Source: Candidatus Peribacteraceae bacterium
GTDB taxonomy: Bacteria; Patescibacteriota; Gracilibacteria; Peribacterales; Peribacteraceae
Direction: 5' to 3'
DNA: 64,000 bases
Assembly: GCA_035547395.1 (NCBI GenBank)
Contig: DASZVA010000010.1
Span: forward strand, 74,471-138,470
Shown: positions 41,892 through 51,612 of the stretch, in pieces
Numbering within the stretch: position 1 is the stretch's first letter
How the letters are laid out: the number at the start of each line of letters is the position of its first letter
Notes under the pieces: generated by a model
What the model saw: only the letters and a program-made list of their open reading frames with translations
Databases searched by the model: none
What the model was told of the DNA's origin: nothing
Position numbers and translations under genes: made by a program

Positions 41892-43688
41892 TTAGGAACC
41901 GAACGTGTACGCATACGCAGCGACGCCTTTGCCGTGGATTTGAAGCCGAACGACGTGCCGACCATATGGTCCTTTATACAGATTGAAGAGATCGTGGCGA
42001 TCGATCGTGATCGTCTTCGTCTTCTTTCCGTCGACCAAGACATCGGCTTGCACTGGTTTGATTCCATCTTCGAGACCGAGCACGAGATTCACTTCGCCCG
42101 CGAGCGCATCGATCGTGACAGATCCGTTATCGCTCATCAGCACTTGTCTTTCATCATCAACCAATTGCCACGTGCCATCGAGATAGAAATCATTCTCCGT
42201 CAGTGATGATGGCAACGTGTATGCGTGCACCCGTGCATCGGGTCCGCCCTGAGAATTTCCGAATGAATTCCAGCCGCGTGAATGCAGATAGGTTTCCGGC
42301 GTGATGGGATTATTGGACCCTTGCTGCTCCGGCGGAAGCGTGGCGGTCGACGTCGTCTTGTGTCCGGACTCCGCGAGCAGACTCGCAATCGCCTGGTCGG
42401 TTTCCTCGTACGCGCCCTCGCCGAAATGTTCGTAGCGGATGTTGCCGTTTGCATCGATCAAATATTTCGCCGGCCAGTATTCATTGTTGAATGCGTTCCA
42501 CGTGCCGTAGTCGTTGTCCTGCACGACGGGGTAGGTGAGATTGTGTTCCTTGATCGCCATCGCGACGTTACTCGCGCTTTTTTCAAACGTGAATTCCGGC
42601 GTATGCACGCCGATCAGCACGAACGGCTGGTCTTTGAATTTTTCCCACGTCGCTTCCTCGTACGGAAGCGTCCGGATGCAGTTGATGCAGCTGTAGGTCC
42701 AGAAATCGATGAGCACGACTTTTCCTTTCAAATCATTCAAATGCAGTGCGGGACTGTTGAACCACTCGCCTGCGCCCGCGAAATCGGCGGGCTCCATCCC
42801 GTAAACCGGCAGCATCGATCCGGTTCCCACTTGCTGCGATTGACTGCCGCCGATGTGGAAGAGATTTTCCTCGATGGAATTTCCGAAGTTTCCGAATCCC
42901 GTGTTGATCGCGAGATAGGTCTGAATGTTCTGCAGAATGTTGAGTTGTAGTGCGATGGCCGAAAGCATGAGCAGCACGCCCGCGACTTCCTTGATGCGTT
43001 CGGTGTACTGACTCAGTCGTCTGACGGACGTGACTGCGTACTGTCCGCCGTAGCCGATGAGCAGAAGCGGAATGCCCGCGCCGATCGCATACGCGGAGAG
43101 ATATCCCGCCGCCGCGAGTCCCGGTTGATTGCGCACGACTGCCAATGCGAATCCAAGTGCGGGTCCGGCGCACGGCACCCACACGAGCCCCATCGTGAGC
43201 CCGATGATGACGGTCGTGAGCAGCGATTGCTGTCCGAATTCACCGCGCGCTTTGTTTTGAATGTCGCTTCCGAGTTGTTGGATGGAGGCAGCGATGCGTC
43301 CGCCGATTTCCATGGCGATCACGCCGAGGATCATCGCGATGATCACCGCGATCATTCCTTTCTCGATGAAGAAGAGTCCGCTCAGCACGGCACCGACGAG
43401 CTGCGGCGTTTTCTTGTGAAAGAAAAATCCGACGCCGAAGAGAAAGAGCACGTCGTACGTCGCGATGCGTACGTCGTCCGCGAGCTCCACAAATTGACTG
43501 AGCAGCACATCGAGCAGGAAGACCGATCCCACGAAACCGACGAGCATGCAGACGATCAAAATAAGCGGCCTCCATTTATTTTGATTGCTAACGGAAACCC
43601 CGAGCACGATCGGGATGAGCGGCAGAATGCACGGCAGAAGAATGGTGAGCAGACCGGCCAGGAAGAGCGCGAGAATAGTGGATGGCAT
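41892..43688 (-). CDS. DipZ-like protein: CcdA/DsbD membrane domain fused to a thioredoxin-like domain and a C-terminal beta-sandwich
   Basis: CcdA cysteines in LLPCILPLIP and WVPCAGPALG. Thioredoxin-fold FWTYSCINCIRTLPY. Start trimmed to ATG 43688 (MPSTILALFLAG). Confidence 0.8.
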   Translation of the reverse strand: MPSTILALFLAGLLTILLPCILPLIPIVLGVSVSNQNKWRPLILIVCMLVGFVGSVFLLDVLLSQFVELADDVRIATYDVLFLFGVGFFFHKKTPQLVGAVLSGLFFIEKGMIAVIIAMILGVIAMEIGGRIAASIQQLGSDIQNKARGEFGQQSLLTTVIIGLTMGLVWVPCAGPALGFALAVVRNQPGLAAAGYLSAYAIGAGIPLLLIGYGGQYAVTSVRRLSQYTERIKEVAGVLLMLSAIALQLNILQNIQTYLAINTGFGNFGNSIEENLFHIGGSQSQQVGTGSMLPVYGMEPADFAGAGEWFNSPALHLNDLKGKVVLIDFWTYSCINCIRTLPYEEATWEKFKDQPFVLIGVHTPEFTFEKSASNVAMAIKEHNLTYPVVQDNDYGTWNAFNNEYWPAKYLIDANGNIRYEHFGEGAYEETDQAIASLLAESGHKTTSTATLPPEQQGSNNPITPETYLHSRGWNSFGNSQGGPDARVHAYTLPSSLTENDFYLDGTWQLVDDERQVLMSDNGSVTIDALAGEVNLVLGLEDGIKPVQADVLVDGKKTKTITIDRHDLFNLYKGPYGRHVVRLQIHGKGVAAYAYTFGS

Positions 43689-43823
43689 GGAGATAGGCGG
43701 AAAGAGAATTGCCGAATCAGGCAAAAATGATAGCCGAATTCGCAAAAGAAAGACTGGCGTACAGCGCATCTTCATCGTGCAATGCGCGATCTCTCAATAC
43801 GTGTTTTGACATAGTCTTTTTAT

Positions 43824-43851
43824 TTGACAATATCCGGTTGTCGGGTATTAT
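43824..43851 (+). promoter_or_regulatory. sigma70-like promoter for the marR-emrAB-like operon
   Basis: TTGACA (43824..43829), a 16-nt spacer, then TATTAT (43846..43851). It lies about 30 nt upstream of ATG 43883. Confidence 0.45.
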
Positions 43852-43882
43852 TTCGTCCAACGTATTATTCGTTATACGAACT

Positions 43883-44320
43883 ATGAAATCTTCCCACGAC
43901 GACATCGTCAGCCTCGCTCTCGACCTCAGCAGACATCTGCGCCGCAGATTGCTTGCCTGCGGCAAGGACGGTACCAGCTTCATGCGCAGCCATGCGCTTG
44001 CAATCATCAAGGAAAGCGACAACCCGACGATGAAGGATTTTGCGACGAGCATGAAAATTTCCGCATCATCCGCCACCGCGTTCATCGACCGTCTCACGAA
44101 AGAAGGATGGGTGAAGCGCGTGCCGGATCCCAAGAACCGCAAGATTATCCATCTGAAAATCACGCCCAAGGGGAATCGCATCATCGCGCAGAGCATGCAG
44201 GACAAACGCGCGTTTCTCCGCGACATCCTGACGCTTCTTTCCACGGATGACCGCAAACATCTCGAGCACATTCTTCAGTCTCTCCAGAGCGCATTGGCGC
44301 AGAACCCTTCCCACTCATAA
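43883..44320 (+). CDS. MarR family transcriptional regulator
   Basis: About 145 aa with a winged-helix core (TMKDFATSMKISASSATAFIDRLTKEGWVKRVPDPKNRKIIHLKITPKG). Start trimmed to ATG 43883. Confidence 0.85.
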   Translation: MKSSHDDIVSLALDLSRHLRRRLLACGKDGTSFMRSHALAIIKESDNPTMKDFATSMKISASSATAFIDRLTKEGWVKRVPDPKNRKIIHLKITPKGNRIIAQSMQDKRAFLRDILTLLSTDDRKHLEHILQSLQSALAQNPSHS

Positions 44321-44324
44321 GTCT

Positions 44325-45005
44325 ATGGAACCGCAGCACAATCAGCAGCATCAACAGGCCTCTTCCGCGGATCAATCCGCAAAGCCCGCGCGTAAGCGTC
44401 CCAACCGAAAGCAGATTCTGGGGGGTCTCGGCATCGCGGGAGTGATCGTCCTGATCTTCGCGACGATCTATTGGATTCACGAACAAAAATTCGTCTACAC
44501 CGATAACGCGCAGATCTCGGCGCCGCTCATCAATCTGACCGCGCTCACGCCCGGTGATCTGAAAGCCGTCTACGTGAATCAGGGCGACTGGCTGTATCCG
44601 AATGAAATCGTCGCCCGCGTCGGCGACGACATGATACGCACGCAGGTCGCGGGGGTTGCCGTCACGGTGAAGCAGGATCTCGGCGCCAACTACACGCCGG
44701 GCGAACCGGTCGTCACCATGGTGCAGCCCGATCAGCTGAAAGTCGTGGCGCAGGTGCAGGAAGACAAAGGGCTGCAATATTTGTACGCGGGGCAGGACGT
44801 GAATTTCACCGTCGACGCGTTTCCCGGACGCGCGTATCACGGCACGGTCGAATCGGTCAGCGACACCAGCCACAACGGAGACGTCGTCTTCAATATTTCC
44901 GACAAGCGCCAGGAGCAGAACTTCGACGTGAAGATCGCGTTCGACACGACCGCGTATCCCGAACTGCAAAACGGCATGTCGGCCAAAGTCTGGATCGTCA
45001 AATAA
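44325..45005 (+). CDS. HlyD/EmrA-family efflux adaptor, short form without an alpha-hairpin
   Basis: N-terminal TM helix, then YTDNAQISAPLINLTALTPGDLKAVYVNQGDWL and the barrel-like C-terminal half. Start trimmed to ATG 44325. Confidence 0.7.
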   Translation: MEPQHNQQHQQASSADQSAKPARKRPNRKQILGGLGIAGVIVLIFATIYWIHEQKFVYTDNAQISAPLINLTALTPGDLKAVYVNQGDWLYPNEIVARVGDDMIRTQVAGVAVTVKQDLGANYTPGEPVVTMVQPDQLKVVAQVQEDKGLQYLYAGQDVNFTVDAFPGRAYHGTVESVSDTSHNGDVVFNISDKRQEQNFDVKIAFDTTAYPELQNGMSAKVWIVK

Positions 45006-45011
45006 TCCCCC

Positions 45012-46520
45012 ATGTCCGCAGCGAGCGCTCACACAACCGGCGGGAAACCACCGGTCCATCGCGGACTCATTCTTTTGACGGTGATCGTCGGCACGTTTCT
45101 CGGCCGTCTTGATCAGACGATCGTCAATCTGGCGCTGCCGAAAATCATCAATGATTTCAGTATCACGGTCAGCTCCGCCGGATGGATCGCGACGGCGTAC
45201 ATCCTAGCCAACGCCGTTTTCGTGCCGATCTGGGGAAAGCTGGGTGACACGATCGGACGCAAGAAAGTGTATCTTGCGGGATTCATCATGTTCATCGTCG
45301 GTTCGCTTCTTGCGGGGCTCTCGTGGAATTTGCCGTCGATGATCGTCTTTCGCGTGATCCAGGCGATCGCGGGATCCGCCGACTATCCGACCGCGATGGC
45401 GATCCTCACCGTCACCTACACCACCAACAAAGAACGCGCGCAGGCGCTCGGCATCTGGTCGTCCGCGTTCGCGGTCTCCGCCGTGCTCGGGCCGCTGATC
45501 GGCGGACCGCTCATCGACAACTTCAGCTGGAGAGCGGTGTTTCTCATCAACGTGCCGATCGGCATCATCGGCATTCTGATGGCAATGGCGTTCATCCGGG
45601 AATCCGTCTCGGAGAAAAAGACACACAAGTTTGACGTGCCCGGCGCGCTCGCGCTCGGCATCTGCCTGTCGAGCATCGTGCTCGTGCTCGACAAGGGCAT
45701 GGATTGGGGATGGGTCTCCGTCGGTTCCGTCCTTTGTTACATCACGGCGATCGTCTCGCTCATCGTCTTCATCATTCTGGAGCAGCGGCATCCAGAGCCG
45801 ATCGTCGACCTCAAATTTTTCAAGAACAAAATCTTCACGCAGACGCTGCTCAATAACTTCATCATCTTCATGGGCATGATGGGATCGGTGTTCCTCATCC
45901 CCGTTTTCTCGCAGACCTTCCTCGGTTACGACGCGACGCAGAGCGGATTGCTCTTCGTGCCGATGGCGTTCGCGTTGATGCTGGCCGCGCCTCTCGGCGG
46001 GCGCCTGACGGACAGCGTCCAGCCGCGATACGTGATCATGGCGAGCACGATCGTCGCGGCGCTCGGGCTGTATTTGTTCTCTTTTATCGATGCGCGATCC
46101 GGTGCCTGGGATATCATGGGGCCGCTCAGCATTATGGCGTTCGGCATGGGATTCGGGATGGCGCAACGCACGAACGTGATTGCCGCAGCGGTTCCCAAAC
46201 AGGAAATCGGCATGGCATCGTCCGTACTCGCACTCGCGCGCAACGTCGCCGGTGCGTTCGGAGTTGCGATCTTTGCCACGCTCCTCAATTCCAGCATCGA
46301 ACACAACGTGCTCGTCATCAACCAGTACAGCCAGTTCCACGGCACGACGCCCGCGGAGTACCAGCAGTATGTCTCGCTCATCACGTTGAAGGCGCAGATC
46401 GACGGCTACAAAACAGTCTTCGTGGTCTCGAGCATCCTGGTCTTCATCGGCGGTTTGCTCTCATGGTTCATCGGCGATGTGAAACTGAAGAAGGGCGTGG
46501 AAGTGCACGTCGAGGCCTGA
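45012..46520 (+). CDS. MFS transporter, DHA2 (EmrB/QacA) 14-TMS drug-efflux family
   Basis: LDQTIVNLALP, GKLGDTIGRKKVY (motif A), 502 aa. Confidence 0.85.
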   Translation: MSAASAHTTGGKPPVHRGLILLTVIVGTFLGRLDQTIVNLALPKIINDFSITVSSAGWIATAYILANAVFVPIWGKLGDTIGRKKVYLAGFIMFIVGSLLAGLSWNLPSMIVFRVIQAIAGSADYPTAMAILTVTYTTNKERAQALGIWSSAFAVSAVLGPLIGGPLIDNFSWRAVFLINVPIGIIGILMAMAFIRESVSEKKTHKFDVPGALALGICLSSIVLVLDKGMDWGWVSVGSVLCYITAIVSLIVFIILEQRHPEPIVDLKFFKNKIFTQTLLNNFIIFMGMMGSVFLIPVFSQTFLGYDATQSGLLFVPMAFALMLAAPLGGRLTDSVQPRYVIMASTIVAALGLYLFSFIDARSGAWDIMGPLSIMAFGMGFGMAQRTNVIAAAVPKQEIGMASSVLALARNVAGAFGVAIFATLLNSSIEHNVLVINQYSQFHGTTPAEYQQYVSLITLKAQIDGYKTVFVVSSILVFIGGLLSWFIGDVKLKKGVEVHVEA

Positions 46521-46613
46521 CGACGGATTCAATCGACAGGACATATCGTGCAGGTGTACAAAGAGGTCCTGCTCTTTCCCCGTTTCCGATCTTTCACAAA
46601 GGATTGCATTATT

Positions 46614-47207
46614 ATGCATCTGCCGATGTCGTTTGATGAAGTTGTGGAGATGTTGCTCGGTCGGATGAAGCGCAATGGACTGGATTTTGATGAGAAACAC
46701 GTGAGAAATATTCCTGACCTGCCGGATGATTTTTCGTGTACGATCGACGTCTGCTCAAACGAACCTTTTTTCAGAGGATGGAAGAAACATTACTGTGAAC
46801 ACGGAGATGTGCACATACCTGTCGCGCTCATCGTCCCCTCGCATGTCATTGAGTATCGGGACGCATCGGTTGTAAATCCAGAGCCCCTGCGACAACGCGG
46901 TACTGCGACGAATCAGTGTTACTGGTTGCCGAATGTTGCCATACTCCACAACGTGCCCGACTACCGCTCTGAGTATTCCGAATTAACCTTTAATGAATGT
47001 GCCTGCGTATTTAGCCAGAATCCGGGAATAGGAAGCATCCGCGTGATGAGTGAAGCGCGTCATCCGGCTCAGATTTATTCAAATCCGCGCGATGCCCGGC
47101 ACATCGTCGCTGACGCTCATATCGATAAAAGTCGGCATTGCGGGTATCTCCTGAGCAAGAGAACGGAAGTCCCACGGCCGTACATTGATAATCTGGAGCC
47201 GTGCTGA
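46614..47207 (+). CDS. hypothetical protein
   Basis: ORF with a strong downstream terminator and no recognised motif. Start trimmed from GTG 46548 to ATG 46614. Confidence 0.5.
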   Translation: MHLPMSFDEVVEMLLGRMKRNGLDFDEKHVRNIPDLPDDFSCTIDVCSNEPFFRGWKKHYCEHGDVHIPVALIVPSHVIEYRDASVVNPEPLRQRGTATNQCYWLPNVAILHNVPDYRSEYSELTFNECACVFSQNPGIGSIRVMSEARHPAQIYSNPRDARHIVADAHIDKSRHCGYLLSKRTEVPRPYIDNLEPC

Positions 47208-47238
47208 GAATGATTCGTCTGTCCGAGAAAAGAGCAGT

Positions 47239-47268
47239 GCCCGCAACTCGGAGTTGCGGGCTTTTTTT
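47239..47268 (+). terminator. rho-independent terminator
   Basis: GCCCGCAAC-tcgga-GTTGCGGGC followed by T7. Confidence 0.85.
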
Positions 47269-47372
47269 GCAAGAAACGCCCCGTACGGCTTTTTCTTGAA
47301 GGTCTGCAGAAAACCCGACTTTTCTCTGGCGTGTTCGGGGGATTTTTCTGCTACACTGCGCGGCGACGCATT

Positions 47373-48212
47373 ATGAGACGTATTGCGCACATTTCGGATT
47401 TGCACTTCGGCCGCGTGAACACGCGTCTGCAGGATGCGCTGCTTGCGGATATCGAAAAGCTGTCACCCGATCTGGTGGTGATCAGCGGCGATTTGACGCA
47501 GCGGGCGCACACCAAGGAATTTTCGCTTGCGAAGGAATACCTCGAACGCATTCCATTCCCGTCGCTCGTGATTCCCGGCAATCACGACATCCCGCTCTAC
47601 AACGTGCCGCGCAGATTCATCCGTCCTCTCAAGCGATACAAAGAATACATCACGGAAGATCTCAATCCGTTCTACGTCGACGACGAAATCGCCGTGCTCG
47701 GCATCAATACCGCGCGCTCGCTCACGCTCATCCACGGACAGATCACGCGCCGCCAGATGATCGACATCGAACGGCAGTTTACCGCCGTGCCGCAGAATCT
47801 TTTCAAGATCGTCGTCACGCATCATCCGTTCATCAGTCCGATGGGCAGACGGCTGCGCCGTCAGATCGCGCACGGGGCGACTGCGCTGCGCACCATCGAC
47901 CGCTGCGGCGTGGACATGATACTCGCGGGCCATTTGCACAAATGTTATACCGGCGACATTTCTTCCGCATACCGCAGAGTGAAGCGGCCGATCATCGTGG
48001 CGAACGCCGGCACCGCAATCTCCACTCGCGTGCGCAAGGAACCGAATTCCTTCAATCTTGTCACCATCGAGGGGGACAAAATGCAGATCGCGATGCATGC
48101 ATGGGACGGCGCGCACTACGTCGAGTCGCGCATGACGGATTACCTGCGGGGAAACTCCGTCGGCAGCAGCGCAGACATTCTGGTGCACGATGAAGAGCTT
48201 GTGACGCTCTGA
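47373..48212 (+). CDS. metallophosphoesterase (calcineurin-like)
   Basis: IAHISDLHFG, VISGDLTQ, IPGNHD, VTHHP, AGHLH. Start trimmed to ATG 47373. Confidence 0.8.
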   Translation: MRRIAHISDLHFGRVNTRLQDALLADIEKLSPDLVVISGDLTQRAHTKEFSLAKEYLERIPFPSLVIPGNHDIPLYNVPRRFIRPLKRYKEYITEDLNPFYVDDEIAVLGINTARSLTLIHGQITRRQMIDIERQFTAVPQNLFKIVVTHHPFISPMGRRLRRQIAHGATALRTIDRCGVDMILAGHLHKCYTGDISSAYRRVKRPIIVANAGTAISTRVRKEPNSFNLVTIEGDKMQIAMHAWDGAHYVESRMTDYLRGNSVGSSADILVHDEELVTL

Positions 48213-48215
48213 AAC

Positions 48216-48587
48216 TCAAAGCGACGATGCGGATGACGGCAATGCGGTCGAGCCGCTCGCGTTTTGCTGATTAACGCTCCAGTAGCGGCGCATCATGGGC
48301 GGAATGTTGTTTTCATTATAATAACTGTTTCCGTTCATCATGCGATATCCGTTTTGCGCGGGTACGCCCTGCCTGCCACCGAGTCCGACGAAGGGCATGG
48401 TCAGAATGCACAGCACGATGCCGATGCCGATCAGCCACCACGACCAGAGCTTCAATTGCGCGGGCGTAAGGTAGCGGATCGCCCAGCCGATGAAGAGCGC
48501 GACGCCGATGACGAGGACCGCCATCGCGATCATGTGAATGCCGAAGAAGAGAGGCAAACCTGCATTCAATCCGTAACCGTACATCAT
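48216..48587 (-). CDS. hypothetical membrane protein
   Basis: Three hydrophobic helices followed by an N/Y/M-rich tail. A long G-poor leader lies upstream. Confidence 0.55.
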   Translation of the reverse strand: MMYGYGLNAGLPLFFGIHMIAMAVLVIGVALFIGWAIRYLTPAQLKLWSWWLIGIGIVLCILTMPFVGLGGRQGVPAQNGYRMMNGNSYYNENNIPPMMRRYWSVNQQNASGSTALPSSASSL

Positions 48588-48635
48588 GGGGGAGAGGGGA
48601 AGATGTGGGTTAGTATAACCGGAGAGGTTGAGTAT

Positions 48636-48722
48636 GTTTAGTAGGATTTGTAGGTTTAGTACGTCGATTCATGTAATCATATCAAGCCTACTAAACGCCC
48701 CAAGCCTACCATGCCTACTAAA
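48636..48722 (-). promoter_or_regulatory. nested or alternative hairpins built from TAGTAGG/CCTAC repeats, spanning the sdpI-like stop codon
   Basis: tttagtagg-attt-gtagg (48637..48654) pairs with cctac-catg-cctactaaa (48705..48722). Alternatively, gtttagtagg (48636..48645) pairs with cctactaaac (48687..48696). Confidence 0.4.
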
Positions 48723-49374
48723 TCTTCTTTTTGCGTTGATAGAGGACGTAGGACGAGAGAACCGGGATGATGACGATGGCGACGATCACGCCGATGAACC
48801 AGCCGATCGTCATCGGGAAAAGCCAACTCAAAACCATCGTCGCGATGCCGCCGATGACGAACGTCCATCCGCCGATGCGCTGGCTCTTCTGCCACACGTC
48901 GGGATCCGAAAGCGTCCATGGCGTACGCACGCCGATGAAAAAATTCTGACGGATCTTGCCCATGTAGTTACCCAGAACGATGAAGAGGAATCCGATGCCG
49001 ATCAAAAGATCGCGTCCCAGAAGCGCGTTGTGCGCGGGATGCACGATTGTGTAGAAGGTGATTCCTTCCACGTACGCGAAGAAGAGAACGATCCCGAGCT
49101 GCAATACGTTCCATGCGCGTGCGAATTCCTTGTAATTCTCCGCCTTCGGATCGATTTTTGCGAAGAGGGGAAAGAGCAGTGTCAAAAGCAAACCGATGAT
49201 CGGCAGCAACCACGCGCTCCACATTTTCGGCGCCCAGCCGTTGGGTTCGCCCGAGATGCCCCAGTGCACGGGAATGACATCCGGCAGGGAAGGATAGAGC
49301 CACGCGACGAGTGCGAACATGCCGAGCACGACGATGCATTGCAGGATGCGGATGAAGGGAAAATTGCGTTCCAT
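48718..49374 (-). CDS. SdpI/YhfL-family membrane protein (DUF1648 plus SdpI domains)
   Basis: YPSLPDVIPVHWGISGEPNGW (DUF1648) and FIGVRTPWTLSDPDVWQKSQRIGGW. The ATG 49374 lies 1 nt after the sdpR-like stop. Confidence 0.75.
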   Translation of the reverse strand: MERNFPFIRILQCIVVLGMFALVAWLYPSLPDVIPVHWGISGEPNGWAPKMWSAWLLPIIGLLLTLLFPLFAKIDPKAENYKEFARAWNVLQLGIVLFFAYVEGITFYTIVHPAHNALLGRDLLIGIGFLFIVLGNYMGKIRQNFFIGVRTPWTLSDPDVWQKSQRIGGWTFVIGGIATMVLSWLFPMTIGWFIGVIVAIVIIPVLSSYVLYQRKKKI

Positions 49375-49375
49375 A

Positions 49376-49633
49376 TCAGCGGGAGAACAGGGAATAGAAA
49401 GCATTGATAACGTCCTCGAAGACGGACGTGTTGAGGGAGTAATAGATGAATTGTCCTCTGCGCTCGGTCACGACCAGATTCGCGCGCTTGAGGATGTCGA
49501 GGTGATGACTCAGGGAAGCGCCCGTAAAGCCGAAGTGCTGTTTGATGTCACCGACGTTACGATCTCCTTTTTTGAGGAGCTGCAGGATTTTGCGTCGATT
49601 GGGGTCCGAGAGAGCGCGAAAGACGTCGTCCAT
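49376..49633 (-). CDS. ArsR-family (SdpR-like) transcriptional repressor
   Basis: ALSDPNRRKILQLLKKGDRNVGDIKQHFGFTGASLSHHLDILKRANLV. Confidence 0.85.
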   Translation of the reverse strand: MDDVFRALSDPNRRKILQLLKKGDRNVGDIKQHFGFTGASLSHHLDILKRANLVVTERRGQFIYYSLNTSVFEDVINAFYSLFSR

Positions 49634-49657
49634 ATATTTAGAAATTTGTCTAAATAT
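49634..49657. promoter_or_regulatory. perfect 9-6-9 palindrome ATATTTAGA-aatttg-TCTAAATAT abutting the sdpR-like start codon; candidate autoregulatory operator
   Basis: Read directly. It begins at the nucleotide adjacent to ATG 49633. Confidence 0.5.
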
Positions 49658-49723
49658 TAATTCATAAAATTATGAAGTCAATAACTTATGAGATTTTTTT
49701 CGCTTCAAAAATTCAATGTGACA

Positions 49724-49784
49724 GCGGTGTCACTCTGAGGATGCTTCCTTCGTCAGGCTTAGGACAGGCTCCGAGCGACACCGC
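49724..49784 (-). terminator. long hairpin downstream of the M23 peptidase gene
   Basis: gcggtgtcactc (49724..49735) pairs with gagcgacaccgc (49773..49784); the single mismatch becomes G-U in the minus-strand RNA. On the minus strand it is followed by aatttttg. Confidence 0.45.
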
Positions 49785-49827
49785 GTGTCTATGGTTCGAG
49801 TGTCCTCACCATGACACGCATATTCAT

Positions 49828-50490
49828 TTATGGATGATTGGGATAGGCGTCGATCCATTGCGATAATTGCGATTGCACCGGAACGTATCCTTTAAAATCG
49901 ATGGAGCTGCCTTTGTGCACGCTCACGTGCAGATGCTTGCGCTCGCCGTCGGTTTCATGGCTGTACCCAAGTCCGAGGTTGCCGATCGCGTCTCCCGTTT
50001 TTACCGCGTCGCCTTTGTTCTTCGTGATTGTATTCACGTTCAAATGTCCGTAGAGCACGGTGACCGATTGTTTCTGATAGGTACAGGATTGAATCATGAC
50101 GCCGCCGTAGCCGCTTACCCATCCGCGATACAGAACTGTCCCGTTGCAGATCGCGTGCGCGGTGACCGCTGCGTTTTTTTCAGATGCAAACGTTTCGAAA
50201 TCCGTACCGGTATGGAAGCCCGTGAACCGTTCCGGTTGCACGGGGCTGCTTTGCGGCGATACGAAAATGCCGAACGGTTTTTTGATGATGCGATTCGCCG
50301 CATCAGGCAACGGATATGCAAAACCCGTGACGGGATCATGCCCCAAAGACGTACCGGCAACAGAAGCAGCGGATGACGATGATGGAATCGACGAGATACT
50401 TTGCGACGACGGAGACGGTGCATCGGGCGGAGTCGTCGTGCAGGCGACGAGCGAAAGCGATGTGAAGAGGATGATGAGACGAGTCTTCAT
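49828..50490 (-). CDS. M23 family metallopeptidase lipoprotein
   Basis: Lipobox LSLVAC. Motifs HTGTDFE (HxxxD) and HLHVSVH (HxH). Start trimmed to ATG 50490. Confidence 0.85.
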   Translation of the reverse strand: MKTRLIILFTSLSLVACTTTPPDAPSPSSQSISSIPSSSSAASVAGTSLGHDPVTGFAYPLPDAANRIIKKPFGIFVSPQSSPVQPERFTGFHTGTDFETFASEKNAAVTAHAICNGTVLYRGWVSGYGGVMIQSCTYQKQSVTVLYGHLNVNTITKNKGDAVKTGDAIGNLGLGYSHETDGERKHLHVSVHKGSSIDFKGYVPVQSQLSQWIDAYPNHP

Positions 50491-50537
50491 GCAATCGCTG
50501 AGTCTACACGTTTTTATCGCGCTTGAGAATCTGATAC

Positions 50538-51590
50538 GTGTCACAGTTGGCATCGATCGACGTCATAGAAAAAGGTATGTCATTCGCATCACTTCTGAAA
50601 AACAGCGCGGGCGCCTGGCAAAAGGATCATGCATCGCAAATGGCGGCGAGTATCGCGTACTATGCGATTTTCGCGGTTGCGCCGACGCTTCTTCTGATCA
50701 TCGCGCTCGCCGGCGTCTTTTTTGAAACGTCGACCGTGCAGCATGAGTTGATCGGACAGATTTCGCTGTACGTCAGCCCGCGCGTGGCCAGTTCCGTCGC
50801 GTCGATTCTCGCATCCGCGCATCAGTCGCCGCACAGCGGACTCGCGATGCTGATCAGCCTGATCGCGATGCTCGCCGGCGCGACGGGATTCGTGCTGGCA
50901 TTGCAGGACGCGTTTAACATGATCTGGCAGGTGGAAGCGAAAAAAACGGAAAACGGCGTCTGGATGATCGTCTTCAAGAGAGCACTTTCCGTGCTCTTCG
51001 TCGTTGCAATGGGCATTCTCTTCATCGCGTCGGTCGTCGCGTCCGCCGCGCTCGGCGCGCTGCTGCATTCGCTGGTGATCCGATTCCCCGCCATGCAGAT
51101 CCTGTTGCCCTCGATCGATTTCGTCGTGTCGTTCATTGTCGTGATTCTGCTCTTCGCGATTCTCTTCAAATTTCTCCCCGACGTTCGCGTCGGATGGAAA
51201 GATGTGTGGATCGGCGCCGCCGTCACCGCCATCCTGTTTACGATCGGCAAGAGCCTGCTCGGGTGGTATTTGGGAAGCTCGAACGCGACGTCCGCGTACG
51301 GCGCCGCGGGATCGCTCATCATTCTGCTGCTGTGGGTCTACTACTCGGCGCAGATTTTGTTCTTCGGCGTGGAGATGACGAAAGTCTATGCCGCGGAGCG
51401 CCACCTCAAGATCGAACCACGGCATTATGCGCAGTATGCGGAGACGTCGAAAAAATCCGTGCGCAAGATCATCTTCCTGCCCGATCTCGCGACGATCATG
51501 GGTTTCCTCCTGATTGAATTTCAGGTCGCGAAGTGGTTCGTGACTTTTCGCAAGCACTGGAAGACCGGACGAAAATTCCTGCGCCGCTAA
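50538..51590 (+). CDS. YihY/BrkB family membrane protein
   Basis: HASQMAASIAYYAIFAVAPTLLLIIALAG plus six TM helices. Start is ambiguous: GTG 50538 or ATG 50577. Confidence 0.85.
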   Translation: MSQLASIDVIEKGMSFASLLKNSAGAWQKDHASQMAASIAYYAIFAVAPTLLLIIALAGVFFETSTVQHELIGQISLYVSPRVASSVASILASAHQSPHSGLAMLISLIAMLAGATGFVLALQDAFNMIWQVEAKKTENGVWMIVFKRALSVLFVVAMGILFIASVVASAALGALLHSLVIRFPAMQILLPSIDFVVSFIVVILLFAILFKFLPDVRVGWKDVWIGAAVTAILFTIGKSLLGWYLGSSNATSAYGAAGSLIILLLWVYYSAQILFFGVEMTKVYAAERHLKIEPRHYAQYAETSKKSVRKIIFLPDLATIMGFLLIEFQVAKWFVTFRKHWKTGRKFLRR

Positions 51591-51612
51591 TGTCATCCAT
51601 TCCCTTCTTTTT

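Noticed and set aside
49786-49815. A GGTTCGAG string resembling a tRNA T-loop in the sdpR-M23 intergenic region.
   Set aside because: The flanking bases cannot form a T-stem, and no acceptor or anticodon arms can be drawn. I found no tRNA anywhere in the window by eye; tRNAscan-SE would be decisive.
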